From positions 4,836,001 to 4,900,000 of the forward strand of contig CM035351.1 of assembly GCA_020137815.1 (NCBI GenBank): DNA of 64,000 nt, given 5' to 3'. Numbering within the stretch: position 1 is the first letter of the stretch; every line of letters begins with the position of its first letter. Of this stretch, positions 40,050 to 56,265 are shown in pieces. The stretch is from Hormiphora californensis. Lineage: Eukaryota; Animalia; Ctenophora. Made by a program: the position numbers and the translations under genes. The notes under the pieces are model-generated. The model was given only the letters and a program-made list of their open reading frames with translations. It was not told the DNA's origin and did not search any database.

Positions 40050-42103
40050 TATACAGGATATTACCAAATATAGGTATGTGTTTTCTGTGTCTCCAACATC
40101 TGCATCATGACCACCTAGCCTGAGTACGTGTTAACATCTCAATCAGATTAGGTACTTTTTAGTATCTTTCTGAACCTGCCTGTTCAACTGCAAGAAATGA
40201 AAGCTTTAGAAGGGTTTATACTTTATAATTGAAAATACGTATTACAACTTGGTACGCCTATTTTTGTGCACTCTCGAAAAAACCTGTCTGGCGGTGCTAA
40301 CTTGCTTGCCCCCTCTCTCCGCGTTTAAACAAGTGCCAACCACGCTTTGATTCCACTCATTATATTTCGGTGCCGACTGCCGCTAGACAGCAAAAATCCG
40401 TTTGGAATTATGTTGCATTGGACTCTATTGGACCCGGTAAATTGGCGTAAAATACTTTTATTGACAGTGTTAATTTCCTATATCGGGGGAATTTTATCCT
40501 CCCGGTTAATCGGGGCCCAGAAAATCAGGTTGTACAGTTAAATTACACTGTTGTTTAATATAACTATCCTCCTAGCTATGTTTATATTAAGTCATAGTAT
40601 GATTCATAAAATGGCTCGTAGTATGACTCATACGTTATAAAATAGGTTCACTATGGGTTCTTGATTACATAATAACCTTCAACTATAATTATCATGGCGT
40701 TAGGATTAATTAATCCGATTAAACCCTCACTCCTTGACTCCAGGCGAACGAAATATATAAATGAGCAAGAGCCATTATAACTTTTCTTTGTTTTGATCAA
40801 CATGAAAAGTTCCCCTGGCCCTGGCCTTAGTATAATATAACTCGCTTTAATTTTGTTTAGTTCAATCCAGAACTGTGGCCCCTGCAGGGCCCTGCCTTAT
40901 TATGTTCTAAGTTCTAACCCTCCTTTACAATTTTGTCGTCGCGGGGTGGTCTTGTGTTTTCCAAGAATTTCCTTGTGTCTAAATTTAAAAAGAGGCTCAA
41001 ATGCGACCTTGTAATATCTTGTTACTTCCGTAACCCTCGCTTCGCGTAATCTGACAAGTAATATCAGTAACTGGCAGCTGCAGGCTAATGAACACAATTT
41101 AATATTATTCTGCTTCGCTGTTATATGAATCATGCATATAATTGCAGTTGTACAAGGCACTGTATGTGTCTAATAATGATGCTAAAGACTGTAACGACAA
41201 GCCACGGGTCCACTACACAGCTGCTTTCCGTCAACATCATCAATATTTAACGCAGCCACGCTGCATGCGAACTATAGCAAGCGTAAAGTTGTAAGAACAT
41301 TGACCTGACAGAGCAGCGTTGAAATTTGACATAAATGCCCCACGTGCCGAGTGATGTCTCCATAGACACCACGGCCATAATCACTTCGGTGTGAATATTA
41401 CATAGCTCTATGTAGTGGTCATGACCACGGCTTTGTTGCCTAATATAATAATTGATAAACTCCATACCCCAGACTTGAGATAATAATATTATTATTAATA
41501 TTCGACTAGGGAGTATATTGAGCAAGCTGTAATATGTAATGTGACAATGACATGTTGTGTCTCCGATTCTATACTTTATCAACGTTATGATAAATGCACA
41601 CTTGCCACACGGTATTTTCTAAGCTGGTTGGCTGTTTTTCTGTTAGTGCCGACTGCCGACTTAGTACCACCAGTCTGTCTCCAAGTTTAGTGTTTACAAT
41701 ATCTATAACAGCTCTTCTTCTTCTTCTAGAAGGTACCGATCCTAATTCTCTCTCTATTCTCTGTGCCTAAACCCCTTTCAGGCCAATGCTCTGACCACAG
41801 TTCTCACTTCTCACCCGCTCCGTGAGAATAGGGTCAATGCTCTGACCACAGTTCTCACGCGCTCCGTGATAATAGGGTCAGGCCAATGCTCTGACAGAGA
41901 TAAACCGGCCAGGCAGTGCCTGGGATAAACCCACAAGAAACTTTATTTATCCCATTATCTATCCCACAAGAAACTATCTATCGCAGCTCAAGTGCACGTG
42001 TCTATAACGAGTATGATTATAATAGGTCGCCCTGTGTCCTTACATACGTCCTCACGTACATCACGTTCGCTAACTGCATGTGAAAAATATTCACTGAATA
42101 TCT

Positions 42104-45100
42104 GGTAATATGGTAGTTCTGGGCTGAACATTTTCGACCGCTTTAAAGCGCTTTAAAGCGTTCGAGAAAGCGCTTTATAGCGCTTTAAAGCGCTTTAAAG
42201 CGATACCGCTTTAAAGCGCACCGCTTTAAAGCGCTTTTAAAGCGCTAAAAGCGCTTTATAGCGGTTTCTGAAGCAATATAAAGCGCTTTCGAAAGCGCTA
42301 TAAAGCGCTTTTAAAAGCGCTTTAAAGCGCCACCGATTTAAAGCGCTTTATTTTCAAAATTTAGCGCTTTAAAGCGTTTTGCAAGCGCTTTAAAAAGCGC
42401 TATGAAGCGCTATAAAGCGCTTCGTCAGATCGCTTTAAAGCGCTATTTAGCGCTATTTAGCGCTTTATAGCGCTTTCGAAAGCGCTTTTAAAAGCGCTAT
42501 AAAGCGCTAAATAGCGCTAGAAAGCGCTTTTAAAAGCGCTATAAAGCGCTTTATAGCGCTTTTAAAAGCGCTAGAAATCGCTTTCAATAGCGCTATAAAG
42601 CGCTACAAAGCGCTTTATAGCGCTTTTTAAAGCGCTTTATATAGCATATTTGAAAGCGCTTTATAGCGCTATACAGCGCTTTTAAAAGCGCTTTTTAGCG
42701 CTTTAGAAAGCGCTTTAAAGCGCTTTAAAGAGCGCTTTAAAGCGCTTTTTATAGCGCTAAAAAGCGCTTTCTAAAGCGCTTTTTAAAGCGCTAAAAAGCG
42801 CTTCTTAAAGCGCTAAAAAGCGCTTTTTAAAGCGCTTTAAAGCGATATAAAATGTGCTACTTCAACCGCTAAAAAGCGCTATAAAGCGCTAAAAAGCGCT
42901 TTGAAAAGCGCTTTAAAAAGCGCTAGGAAGCGCTTTTAAAAGCGCTTTCTAGCGCTTTATAAAGCGCTTTTCAAAGCGCTTTTTAGCGCTTTTTAAAGCG
43001 CTTTGAAGCGCCATAAAAAGCGCTATAAAGCGCTTTAAATAGCGCTATGAAGCGCTTTTTATAGCGCTATAAAGCGCTCTTAAGCGCTTTTTGTGGCGCT
43101 TTAAAGAGCGCTTTATAGCGCTTTATAAAGCGCTATAAAGCGCTTCTTAAAGAGCTTTTCGAGGCGCTATAAAGCGCTATTTAGAGCGCTTTATAGCACT
43201 TTTTAAAGCGCTTTTTAGCGCTTTAACTAGCGCTGAAAAGCGCTTTAAATAGCGCTAAAAAGCGCTATATAAAGCGCTAAAAAGCGCTTTAAAGCGCTTT
43301 TAAAAGCGCTATTTAAGGCGCTTGAAAGCGCTTTTTATAGTAAAACGAGCTCATCACATGAAGCTTTCATAGTTTCCCACGGCCGTGGGAAAATTTGCAC
43401 TAGTAAAACTCGGCATATGTCCAAATAAGCTGTGCTCCGTGTTGTACCCTCTCTTTCACTCCCTCTCTCCTACCCCCTTCCCAAAAAGAGAGGGTGCACC
43501 GTACCCAAGGAACATGCCCGTTCAGACTCAAATATATGTTGGCAGTGAATTCATTTCTTTGTTTTCACTTACTTCTGCCGAGTGCCGTCTGCGGTCTGCC
43601 GTTGAGTCTTGAGAGTTGAGATTCTCGACTTGCTCTCATGACTCAGCACTTGCCACTTGTATTCGTATTTCTCAATCAATTGACTTGATACCAGCTACAC
43701 ACACGTCTGACGTCACCATTGACCATTCAAGTCTCATAACTAACATCTTTACACTGTTTTAGCTGTAGACTGTGTCTCAACCAGCCGGAGCCACCAGCCA
43801 GATTACGGCGTAAAAATTACACCCCCTATAGAGATTCCGAAAAGCATCATGATATGGCTGTGAACCTCACATGGCGCCCGCCACACCCGAAAACGCCGCA
43901 CCTATTAAAATCCTCCGTGGTAATGGTATACCCTCTTTCTCTATCCCTCACTCGCCCCCATCCCGAACTAAACGTAGCGCACGCGATAACATGAGACTGA
44001 GAGAGACAGCGCGGGAGGATAGAAGAAAGAGGGGATATCATACCCAACTGTGCTCCGTGGTGTACCCTCTCTTTCACTCCCTCTCTCCCAAAAAGAGACT
44101 TTAGTTAACTCAAATTGGCCTTGTGGTTGCATGACTATAGACATTTGAAAAACTCGGTCTAAGTTTGTATTGTTCATACAGCACAAGTCTAAGTGTACTC
44201 TTTTGGTAGCGCACACCTGTAAACAGGCTGCAAGGCACCCAAATTATAATCGCCCCCAACGGAAACGCAGTTTAATCTGAAAAGGAGTGGAAGTGATCAC
44301 GAAAAAGTGGGATTTACAATAATAAATAATAATATTCAAAAACCGAATAGAATGCTTTAAAAAGCGCTTTTTATAGCGCTATAAAGCGCTTTATAAAGCG
44401 CTTTTTATAGCGCTTTATAAAGCGCTTTATAGCGCTATAAAAAGCGCTTCATAAAGCGCTTTCAAGCGCTTTAAAAAGCGCTATAAAGCGCTTTCAAAAA
44501 CGCTTTATAAAGCGCTTTCGAGCGCTTTAACAAGCGCTATAAAGCGCTTCTTAAAGCGCTTTATAGCGCTTTTTAAAGCGCTATAAAGCGCTTTATAAAG
44601 CGCTATAAAGCGCTTTAAAAAGCGCTACAAAGCGCTTTATATAGCGCTTCATAGCGCTTTATAAAGCGCTTTATAGCGCTTTTTATAGCGCTATAAAGCG
44701 CTTTATAGCGCTTGATATAGCGCTTTTTATAGCGCTTTCAAGGGTAGAAGGGCCACGGCCCTTGAACACCGCCACGTGGCGGTTTTAACCGCCACGTGGC
44801 CCCTGGACGTGGCGTCAATTCTCAGGACGTGGCGCCAATGAGCCTTTTTGGCGGTGTTCATGTGGCGTTAATAGTCGAAATTGGCGCTTCGAATTGGCGC
44901 TTTTCTTTTTTGGCCCCAGGGACGTGGCGTTGGCCCCAGGACGTGGCGTCAATTTTTGAATGGCGGAGATGTCAAAATTTTTTGGCGCTTTCGGATGACG
45001 CCACACCCGAAAAATTCGAATCGCCAATTTGTTTTTTTGGCCTATCATTTGGCGCTAATTTTTGGCGCTAATTTTTTGGCGCCATGTAAATTGGCGCCAT

Positions 45101-46609
45101 ATAAACTGATACTAGAAACCCCCTAGTGGCCCCTAGGGACCCCCCAGGAGGCGCTAGAGTCACCTAAAAGCCCCCCTAGAAGGCTCCAAGAGACCCCTAG
45201 AGGCCACTAGAGTCGATTAGAGTCCCTTAAAAGCCCAGAAAGATCGCATGCAGCCCCAGTTGAGCACACAAGGCCCCCAAAAAGCCACCAGAGTTCTCTA
45301 GAGTCCCCTGAAACGCGCCAAGAGGACACCAGAGATCCCTGAATGCCCGTAGAAGTCCCTAAAGACCCAAAGAGGCCCCAAGGATTGAACTATTAAAAAA
45401 GAGCTGTGTTTATATGTTTATTATGTAAATATATCGCCATGTAAGAACTCAATTAGCGCCATGTAAATGGCGCTAATAATTACTTTGGCGCTTTGATGTG
45501 GCGGAGTTTATGTGGCGCCAATTATGTGGCGTCAATTATTGACGCCACACCGAAAATTCAAAAAACCACGTGGCGCTAAAATCGACTAAAAATCCATTGG
45601 CGCCATCCTCTCAAAATTGACGCCACGTCCTGGGGCCAACGCCACGTCCCTGGGGCCAAAAAAGAAAAGCGCCAATTCGAAGCGCCAATTTCGACTATTA
45701 ACGCCACATGAACACCGCCAAAAAGGCTCATTGGCGCCACGTCCTGAGAATTGACGCCACGTCCAGGGGCCACGTGGCGGTTAAAACCGCCACGTGGCGG
45801 TGTTCAAGGGCCGTGGCCCTTCTACCCTTTCAAGCGCTATATAAAGCGCTATAAAGCGCTTTATAAAGCGCTATGAAGCGCTATTTAAAGCGCTATATGA
45901 AGCGCTTTAAAGCGCTTTATAGCGCTATAAAAAGCGATTTTAAAAGCGCTTTAAAGCGCTATGAAGCGCTATATAAAGCGCTTTTGAAAGCGCTTTATAG
46001 CGCTTTTAAAAGCGCTTTTTAGCGCTTTAAAGCGTTTTTATAAACACTTTCTGAAGCGATATAAAGCGCTTTTAAAAGCGCTATAAAGCGCTTTTAAAAG
46101 CGCTACAAAGCGCTTTAAAAATCGCTTTAAAAAGCGCTTTTTAAAGCGCTTTATAGCGCTTTTAAAAGCGCTGTAAAGCGCTTTAAAAAGCGCTTTTTCA
46201 ACACCGCTTTTAAAAGCGCTTTTTATAGCGCTTTAAAGCGATATTCACCGCTTTAAAGCGCTTTAAAGCGCTATAAAGCGTTTTGAAAAGCGCTTTATAG
46301 CGCTTTTAAAAGCGCTTTTAAAGCGCTTTAAAGCGCTTTATTTTTTCTCGCCATCAAAAAAAAGCGCTTTAAATCGGTGGCGCTTTAAAGCGCTTTTGAA
46401 AGCGCTTTATAGCGCTTTCGGAAGCGCTTTATATCGCTACAAAAAAACCGCTATAAAGCGCTTTTAGCGCTTTAAAAGCGCTTTAAAAGCGGTGCGCTTT
46501 AAAGCGGTATCGCTTTAAAGCGCTTTAAAGCGCTTTAAAGCGCTTTCTCAAACGCTTTAAAGCGCTTTAAAGCGGTCGAAAATGTTCAGCCCAGAACTAC
46601 CATATTACC
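42104..46609. mobile_element. Merlin-like foldback, 4.5 kb, built of AGCGCT-centred 10-11-bp units
   Basis: TIR GGTAATATGGTAGTTCTGGGCTGAACATTTTCGACCGC; 8-bp TSD GAATATCT (42096-42103, 46610-46617); arrays at about 42140-43340, 44360-44740 and 45830-46575; no transposase ORF. Confidence 0.88.
44743..45826. mobile_element. Nested TIR element with TIRs over 200 bp
   Basis: GGTAGAAGGGCCACGG...CCGTGGCCCTTCTACC; 8-bp TSD CTTTCAAG (44735-44742, 45827-45834). Confidence 0.9.
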
Positions 46610-47352
46610 GAATATCTATCCAAAGTTATTGGCCTATATAATCATAAACTTATTAGCTTTCTACCCAGCTTGAACTGTTTATTATCTTAATGAATCGAAG
46701 ATTATTGCATTCCACTGTTATTAAATATTTAAACGATATGATATATTTGTGTACGTCACGTTATGAGGAGATTGTGAGCGAGCTATGATCGACTATAAAT
46801 TGTCCAGTAGGGCCTCACACCGATTGGATTAGATTAGATACACCCATGTATAACACGTGTCATGTATATATCAACTTGAAGAGACCGTATTGGTACATCT
46901 TGATTTGTGAACAATAGGTGAGTATCTGTCAGAGCACTGGCCTTACAGATTTAGATACCTACTATTTAGGGATGTTTTGTTTCCAATCATGCAGTGAATG
47001 ATTCTGCCCATTGACATGTAGTTGTACTAAAGTGCTACATTCGCAGATTGTTCTGGGCAATTTCTGTTTCATTTCGGCCTTACTAATAAAGCTTCTTATT
47101 AATAATCTTAAAGTAGTGAGATACTTTGTTGTATGGCCTGCTTTATTATGCTTTTATTATCCTGTTTTTTAAATATTTATTTCGATCTAATCAGTAGAGA
47201 AATCGATAATCACACAAGATTTTCTTCTCATCGATCGTCGAAAATCTAGCTGTCTTCTTCTTCCAATTGAATTTAATTGCATCTTATTATAATAAGAGAG
47301 AGAGATTCAAATTAATTCGAGAAAGATAGATATATAGAGAGAAAGAGATCGG

Positions 47353-47471
<119 letters not shown>

Positions 47472-47691
47472 GTGAAAGAGGAGATCAGATAGAGATCGAA
47501 TAAAGAGATAGAGAGAGAGAGACGATAGCTTTAATTGACACAGAGAGAGATATAGACAGAGAGACATAGAATACATATACGATAAATATATGATAGAGAT
47601 ATATCTCTCTAATCATATCTCTCTATAGATATCTAGATTCTTTTTCTCTCTATATATATCTCTCTCTCCTATCCATACTCTCTCTTCCCTC

Positions 47692-47727
<36 letters not shown>

Positions 47728-48447
47728 GCTCTCTCTCTCTCCTCCTCTCTCTCTCTCTTCTCTCTCTTCACTCTACTCTCTCTCTCTCTCTCATCTCTCT
47801 CGTCCGTCTCTCTCTTCTCTCTCTCTCTCTCTCTCCTCTCATCTCTCTCATCTCTCTCTCTCTCTCTCTCTCTCTTTCTTGTTCGCTCTCTTTGGTTTGG
47901 GCTGTTAACGCTCACAGAACTGGGCAGCTGCCAGCAAAGAAAGCCGGAGAGAGTTAATTTTTTGAACAAGTTTAATCTCTATAACTCGCAAAAATTGCCT
48001 GGCATTGCCCAACTTATAATATTTTATTATATTGAAACAGTTCGTTACAACGCGTTATCACTTCCTTCCCATTCTTGACTGATTATGAAGCAACTCTTAT
48101 TAGTAGAGGGAAACCATTAAAGAACTCTATTTTGTAAAAGATAGGGTTTGATTTGCTGCTGATTAATGATTTGTGAATCTCTTCAATGACAATATATTAA
48201 GGTTCTCTTAGCACGTCTAATGTATTTGTTGTCCAAGTGCTAACTTACTGATTAGGTCTTACTGTTTAGTATTATAACACGCTATACAGGGATGTTCTAG
48301 GGACTAATTTCCGCGTTTTGAGATTTTAAAACTTTTTTTCAATTTTTTTCCGATTTTTCACCGAAAAACAAGGGTCACAAAAGTGGCTTGCAGTTTTTAG
48401 TGGCTCAACCGTTTGGGCTGAAACTCTGGATATCAGTAGATAATTAT

Positions 48448-48892
48448 AGTCCATTTTTTTCAACTGTTCACCTCCCAAAGTCGTGTGCGGAATTGTTTTG
48501 CGCGTTTATCATATGTTAACGTGTAGCGCGCACAGCGTAAATTATCGCATGCGCACGAGTTGAAGGGTGAACAGTTGAATAAAAATGGACTTTACCCAAT
48601 GAATAAAATTTAATATGATTCATAGCGATTCATTCCGACTTAGCAACCCCTAAGGCAGCGGATTACGGGGGCCCGGATGAGACGCCCCTACCAGTCGCCC
48701 GTACCAGTCGCCCGTACATTTGCTTTGCGCATTACGTTTCACCACACTTTCACCACAACAAAACACATGCGTGTAACGTGCATGTACCTTATTTGTGGTG
48801 AAAGTGCGATGAAACGTAATGCGCAAAGCAAATGTACGGGCGACTGGTACGGGCGATCTATACGGGCGATCTATTCGAGCCCCCGTAATCCC
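48448..48892. repeat. Two adjacent short imperfect inverted-repeat elements (about 48448-48591 and 48660-48892)
   Basis: AGTCCATTTTT..CAACTGTTCACC / GGTGAACAGTTG..AAAAATGGACT; GGATTACGGGGGC / GCCCCCGTAATCC. Confidence 0.7.
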
Positions 48893-48896
48893 CCGT

Positions 48897-51024
48897 TAGT
48901 AGAGTCGATAACTACATCGACCTCTCCCAATTGTTCCAGTTTTTGTCTCATCAGTTTGGAGCCTCGACACGACCTCTAAACAGGTATCACTTTTTCACAA
49001 ACTGTTTTCATCTTGGTGTAATCAGCAGTTGAAATGTTGCTAATCATAACAAAAACCTGACTAAATTTTTTCAACTTGGGGTAAAACCATGGGTGTCAAA
49101 AGTTAGCTCTAGGTCCCCTGAGTAACCATCCGGAGATATTTGAAGCCGTTCTCCTGTAATCATTAATCCCGGTAGAGCACATATTTGAGTATGGACGTAC
49201 CACGGCGTGCCTGGTGAAATTTTAACATGACCTAGCATGCAACGGGAAACCACCACTTGTACGTGGTAGCTGAGGGTCTACAGAATGGCGCTACGGTGCG
49301 GGATAAAAAAATCCATTCCCTAAAATCGTTTTTTTAACTTTTATTTGATTTGGGTCAAAATTGGCTATATTAAACGTGGTCCCGAAAAATCCATAATGAC
49401 TTAGCACACGAAATATGTCACCCCCACCTATTTTTGCACGTAGAATCGATTGCCGTTGAAGTCGAATCTCTAAAATGACTGTAAAATGGTCAAAAGTTGA
49501 TTTTTTACCATTTTTTGGAGGTTTTTGGCCCCTAAACCATTGAAAACGTTGAGATAGGAATTTGAAACTAGTGCCAATCGTTAAAATGGTCATTTTTCTA
49601 CCAAGAACCAAGTTTTCGTGTATATCCGATTCATGGTTAGATTTGGGCAAATTGTTGAAATCTGCCAACTAGGAGAACCGTAACTTGATTTTCTTGTTTT
49701 TTGGATTTTGGCATTTTTGACAAACTTCTGATTGAAATGGTCAATCGGGACCATGCTTAAGTTGTTTATGGGACAATTTTCGACTAAAATCCAAGATTTC
49801 ATACCAATCCAATAACAGATCGTTGATTTATAGAAAATTTAAGTAGGCAAAACGGTCAAAATAACAACTTTTCTTGCTTATTTTGACCGTTTTGCCTACT
49901 TAAATTTTCTATAAATCAACGATCTGTTATTGGATTGGTATGAAATCTTGGATTTTAGTCGAAAATTGTCCCATAAACAACTTAAGCATGGTCCCGATTG
50001 ACCATTTCAATCAGAAGTTTGTCAAAAATGCCAAAATCCAAAAAACAAGAAAATCAAGTTACGGTTCTCCTAGTTGGCAGATTTCAACAATTTGCCCAAA
50101 TCTAACCATGAATCGGATATACACGAAAACTTGGTTCTTGGTAGAAAAATGACCATTTTAACGATTGGCACTAGTTTCAAATTCCTATCTCAACGTTTTC
50201 AATGGTTTAGGGGCCAAAAACCTCCAAAAAATGGTAAAAAATCAACTTTTGACCATTTTACAGTCATTTTAGAGATTCGACTTCAACGGCAATCGATTCT
50301 ACGTGCAAAAATAGGTGGGGGTGACATATTTCGTGTGCTAAGTCATTATGGATTTTTCGGGACCACGTTTAATATAGCCAATTTTGACCCAAATCAAATA
50401 AAAGTTAAAAAAACGATTTTAGGGAATGGATTTTTTTATCCCGCACCGTAGCGCCATTCTGTAGACCCTCAGCTACCACGTACAAGTGGTGGTTTCCCGT
50501 TGCATGCTAGGTCGTGTTAAAATTTCACCAGGCACGCCGTGGTACGTGCAATTGCCTACAACCTCAACTTTAATGTATAACGTTAATGTGCGTCTCTCTC
50601 TTTTCTCCCCCTTGAGAAAGAGTTATCTCGCGCGGTGCAACCGCACATGCGGTTTTTCCAGAGAGAGTGAGAGACATACAATAACATGTAAACAGCCTGC
50701 CAGCGCTCACGTACGTCCGCATTGTATTTTTTTCTCCACCGGGATTAATGATTACGGGAGAACGGCTTGAAATATCTCTTAGAGTCTCCGGATGGTTACT
50801 CAGGGGACCTAGAGCTAACTTTTGACACCCATGGTTTTACCCCAAGTTGAAAAAATTTAGTCAGGTTTTTGTTATGATTAGCAACATTTCAACTGCTGAT
50901 TACACCAAGATGAAAACAGTTTGTGAAAAAGTAACACCTGTTTAGAGGTCGTGTCGAGGCTCCAAACAGATGTGACAAAAACTGGAACAATTGGGAGAGG
51001 TCGATGTAGTTATCGACTCTACTA
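48897..51024. mobile_element. 2.1-kb foldback with about 965-bp arms and 13-bp spacer (Academ-like termini)
   Basis: TAGTAGAGTC...GACTCTACTA; 3-bp TSD CGT; spacer 49865-49877; right arm carries an extra insert of about 165 bp (50548-50716) with a GTACGT duplication. Confidence 0.92.
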
Positions 51025-51858
51025 CGTGTTATGATAAGCATACTATCTCACATATTGATATACGACCCACGTTGTTGAGTAAGACCCACGAGTATGAGAT
51101 TGGGTATAAACTATTATAAGTATAGCATTGCATTGAGTATTAACATATTGCATAGACCCCACAGAGCGTGTTTTGTATTAGGGGCCCTACCTAGGAGTGA
51201 GAAACGATAATTAAGAGGTTAATATCGATATCAAACCCATATGTACATTCAAGTCGATACTATATGTGCCTGTGTAAAAACTAGGTCTGCCATTGTTTGG
51301 CTGTTTGTCCTTAATTTTTGGTTCCAGATACGGGTTATGGAGCATCAATCAGTGCAGATTAATTATGCATGCTTACCATAGTTATATCACTCATTGATGT
51401 CTGTGGTAGTTTGTTATACAAGTTGTTTAACAAATACCACACTACCACAGACACTTTTTGAAGTCCGTGTTGTATTACAATACGGACTTCAAAAACTCTT
51501 TAGTATGTACGTCTATAGTGCTTCTTCCACTAACTTCCGTTTGTTCGATTACGTTTAATAATCGAGACATCAGTGGTTTCGTTTTCCTGAGTTTGTATTT
51601 AATGGAGTAATGGACCTGGATACTAAAAACTTGTACCTATTTAGTATCTTCTCTTAGCAGTTAGCTGCTATATCGCTTTCTTCCTAGTTACACTATACAT
51701 CACCTACTGTTCAAGGGAAACCATCTGGCGAGGGAGGGCTCTTTCCAGCTTGTCTGCTCTGCCCAGTGGTGCTCGATTGCTTAACGTTCACATTGAATTG
51801 GCCCAAGTCTGCCGACCTAACTTCATAGAAATATCATTAACTCTCTTCTCAGCACAGG

Positions 51859-52645
51859 ATGGATGCATGCGAGGACGAGGAAGGGGTAGATCCAGGTGAT
51901 ACATGTAGCACCAATACCACCCCGCTGAACAGTCTGAATACCTGCTACCCCCCGAACACCGCCATCGCCCCTGCTTATAAAGGAGGCAGAGGAAGAGGAG
52001 GAAGAGGAAGAAAAGAATAAGAATGAGCTTGAGATACTGCCTGATTTTCACAGCTGCAGCATAGCATCATCAAAGGGAGAAAGTCAGGAAAATTTAACAG
52101 TTCGTCTGCCCACCCTCTGCTGGGTTTGTAAGACACCCAATACCCGGGGACTCATTGTGCCCTGTGAGTGCGCTCCTGAGGTAGGCTCAGTTCACAAAAT
52201 CTGCCTGATAACCTGGATGAATTCTCTCATGAAGGGAAGGTGTCCGGGGTGCCTTCTGAAATTCAGGACTGCCACCAAGTACCTGCCAATTTCAGAGTGG
52301 AGGATGGACCCCGTTATGCTACGAAACAGACACCGTTATATCTCCATGGCAGCGGTTAGTTTTATTGTAGCCCTCACATCTCTTGGTTCCGTATGGAGAT
52401 TACTTTATAATGATAACGGAAACCAAAAATACAGGATAGGATTCTCGGTTGCCATAGCAACAGGGTTTTTTATGTACATCCTGTACCAGATCCGGGTTTA
52501 TGTGAGACTGTTTGAAAGATTGAGCATCTTTAACAAGCCTGTTATAGACATTTACGAGCATAATAGTGACACTATGTGGAATCACAGCAGAATTGTTCAG
52601 AGGGGGAACTTTTTAAGTCTTGTCAATCCGTCAGAATTGGAGTAG
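51859..52645 (+). CDS. MARCH-family (MARCH2/3-like) RING-CH transmembrane E3 ubiquitin ligase
   Basis: C4HC3: CWVC..PCEC..VHKICLITW..CPGC, then LPISEWRMDP and two hydrophobic helices. The frame is open from 51938; the ATG at 51859 is in another frame, so a 1-nt frameshift or an unseen splice is needed. Confidence 0.85.
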
Positions 52646-52674
52646 AAAGATATTTTCAATGCCATGTTTACTTT

Positions 52675-53046
52675 GGTAGGCGGTAAATGTTAACCAGATC
52701 TGTGAGAATTTTGCACGTTTTTGCCCATAACTCAGCCATTTCTTGACTAATTTGCAAAATCTTTGGCTCATTGGAAAGAGGACATTGAGATCTCTCAAAT
52801 GTGCTCAAGAAAATATAAATTGGCGCAAATTGCGCGGCGTGGTGGCGAAAACGCGCATTTTGCGCCATGACGCCGCGCATTTTGCGCCGATTTTAGTTTT
52901 ATTGGGCTCATTTGAAAGAACTCAATGTCCTCTTTCCAACGCGCCCAAGATTTTGCAAATTGGTCAAGAAATGACTGAGTTATGGACAAAAACGTGGTTT
53001 TGCACGTACGTTTTCTCTCAGATCTGGTTAACATTTACCGCCTACC
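52675..53046. mobile_element. Foldback MITE 30 bp downstream of the MARCH stop
   Basis: TIR GGTAGGCGGTAAATGTTAACCAGATCTG; 9-bp TSD GTTTACTTT (52666-52674, 53047-53055). Confidence 0.92.
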
Positions 53047-53335
53047 GTTTACTTTGCATATAATTGCCTTGATATGAACTAACGTAGTAACTGCAGCAGT
53101 TACCTCAGCCAAACGGTCAGAACATTGGCCTGACAGCAGCCAAATGGTCAATTTCAGGCAGTTAAACTGTGGAAATGCTTGCGGTCTACAAGAGTACAAT
53201 TTAAGAGATAAGTGATACCGGCTACACGAAATTTACCAAACCTCCACATTTTTTAGTTTGTGTTTTAACATAGTTATCAATCTGTGATATTTTTCTACGT
53301 CAAAAATTGGGAAGCCAAAGAGTGAACAGGACATA

Positions 53336-55694
<2,359 letters not shown>

Positions 55695-55857
55695 TAGATT
55701 ATATTGGTTCTATTCACTACTATCACTTGGAGAAGCAACTTTAAATTGACTGTCATAGTAGTAAAAAACCATTCAAATTATTGCGTTAGAGCTCTGACAA
55801 GTTGTCTATGACGCAAAGCAGATGCAAAGCAGTGTCGTGAATCTCAACGCTATTGGC

Positions 55858-56265
55858 GGGAGACACACTGAAGTTGGGCGCGCTCGTTCAAATCTCAACC
55901 TCGCGACACACACTGAAGTTTGAAGTTCGAAGTTTCGCGAAAACCCATTTTCGGCTGAGAAATCATTTGTAAGAGGCTAACTTATTTACTGGTACATCTC
56001 TCGAGGTGTCCTTTATCCATACTGAGTCAATTTTACCGTTTTTGAAATTTTTTGCTAATTCGGTCACAGTTGTCCCAATTCACCAAAAATTTTAAAAACG
56101 GTGAAATTGACCAGGTATTGATAAAGGACACCTCAAGAGATGTACCAGTAAATAAACTAGCATCTTACAAATGATTTCTCAGCCGAAAATGGGTTTTCGC
56201 GAAACTTCGAACATTTCCGCGAAACTTCGAACTTCAGTGTGTGTCGCGAGGTTGAGAGTTGAACG
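55858..56265. mobile_element. Foldback element whose right arm is split by the LINE (remainder at 62370-62397)
   Basis: GGGAGACACACTGAAGTTGG (55858-55877) has its reverse complement at 62378-62397; inner arms pair around 56065. Confidence 0.75.

Noticed and set aside
41783-41895. Three copies of CAATGCTCTGAC
   Set aside because: Small local tandem duplication with no further structure
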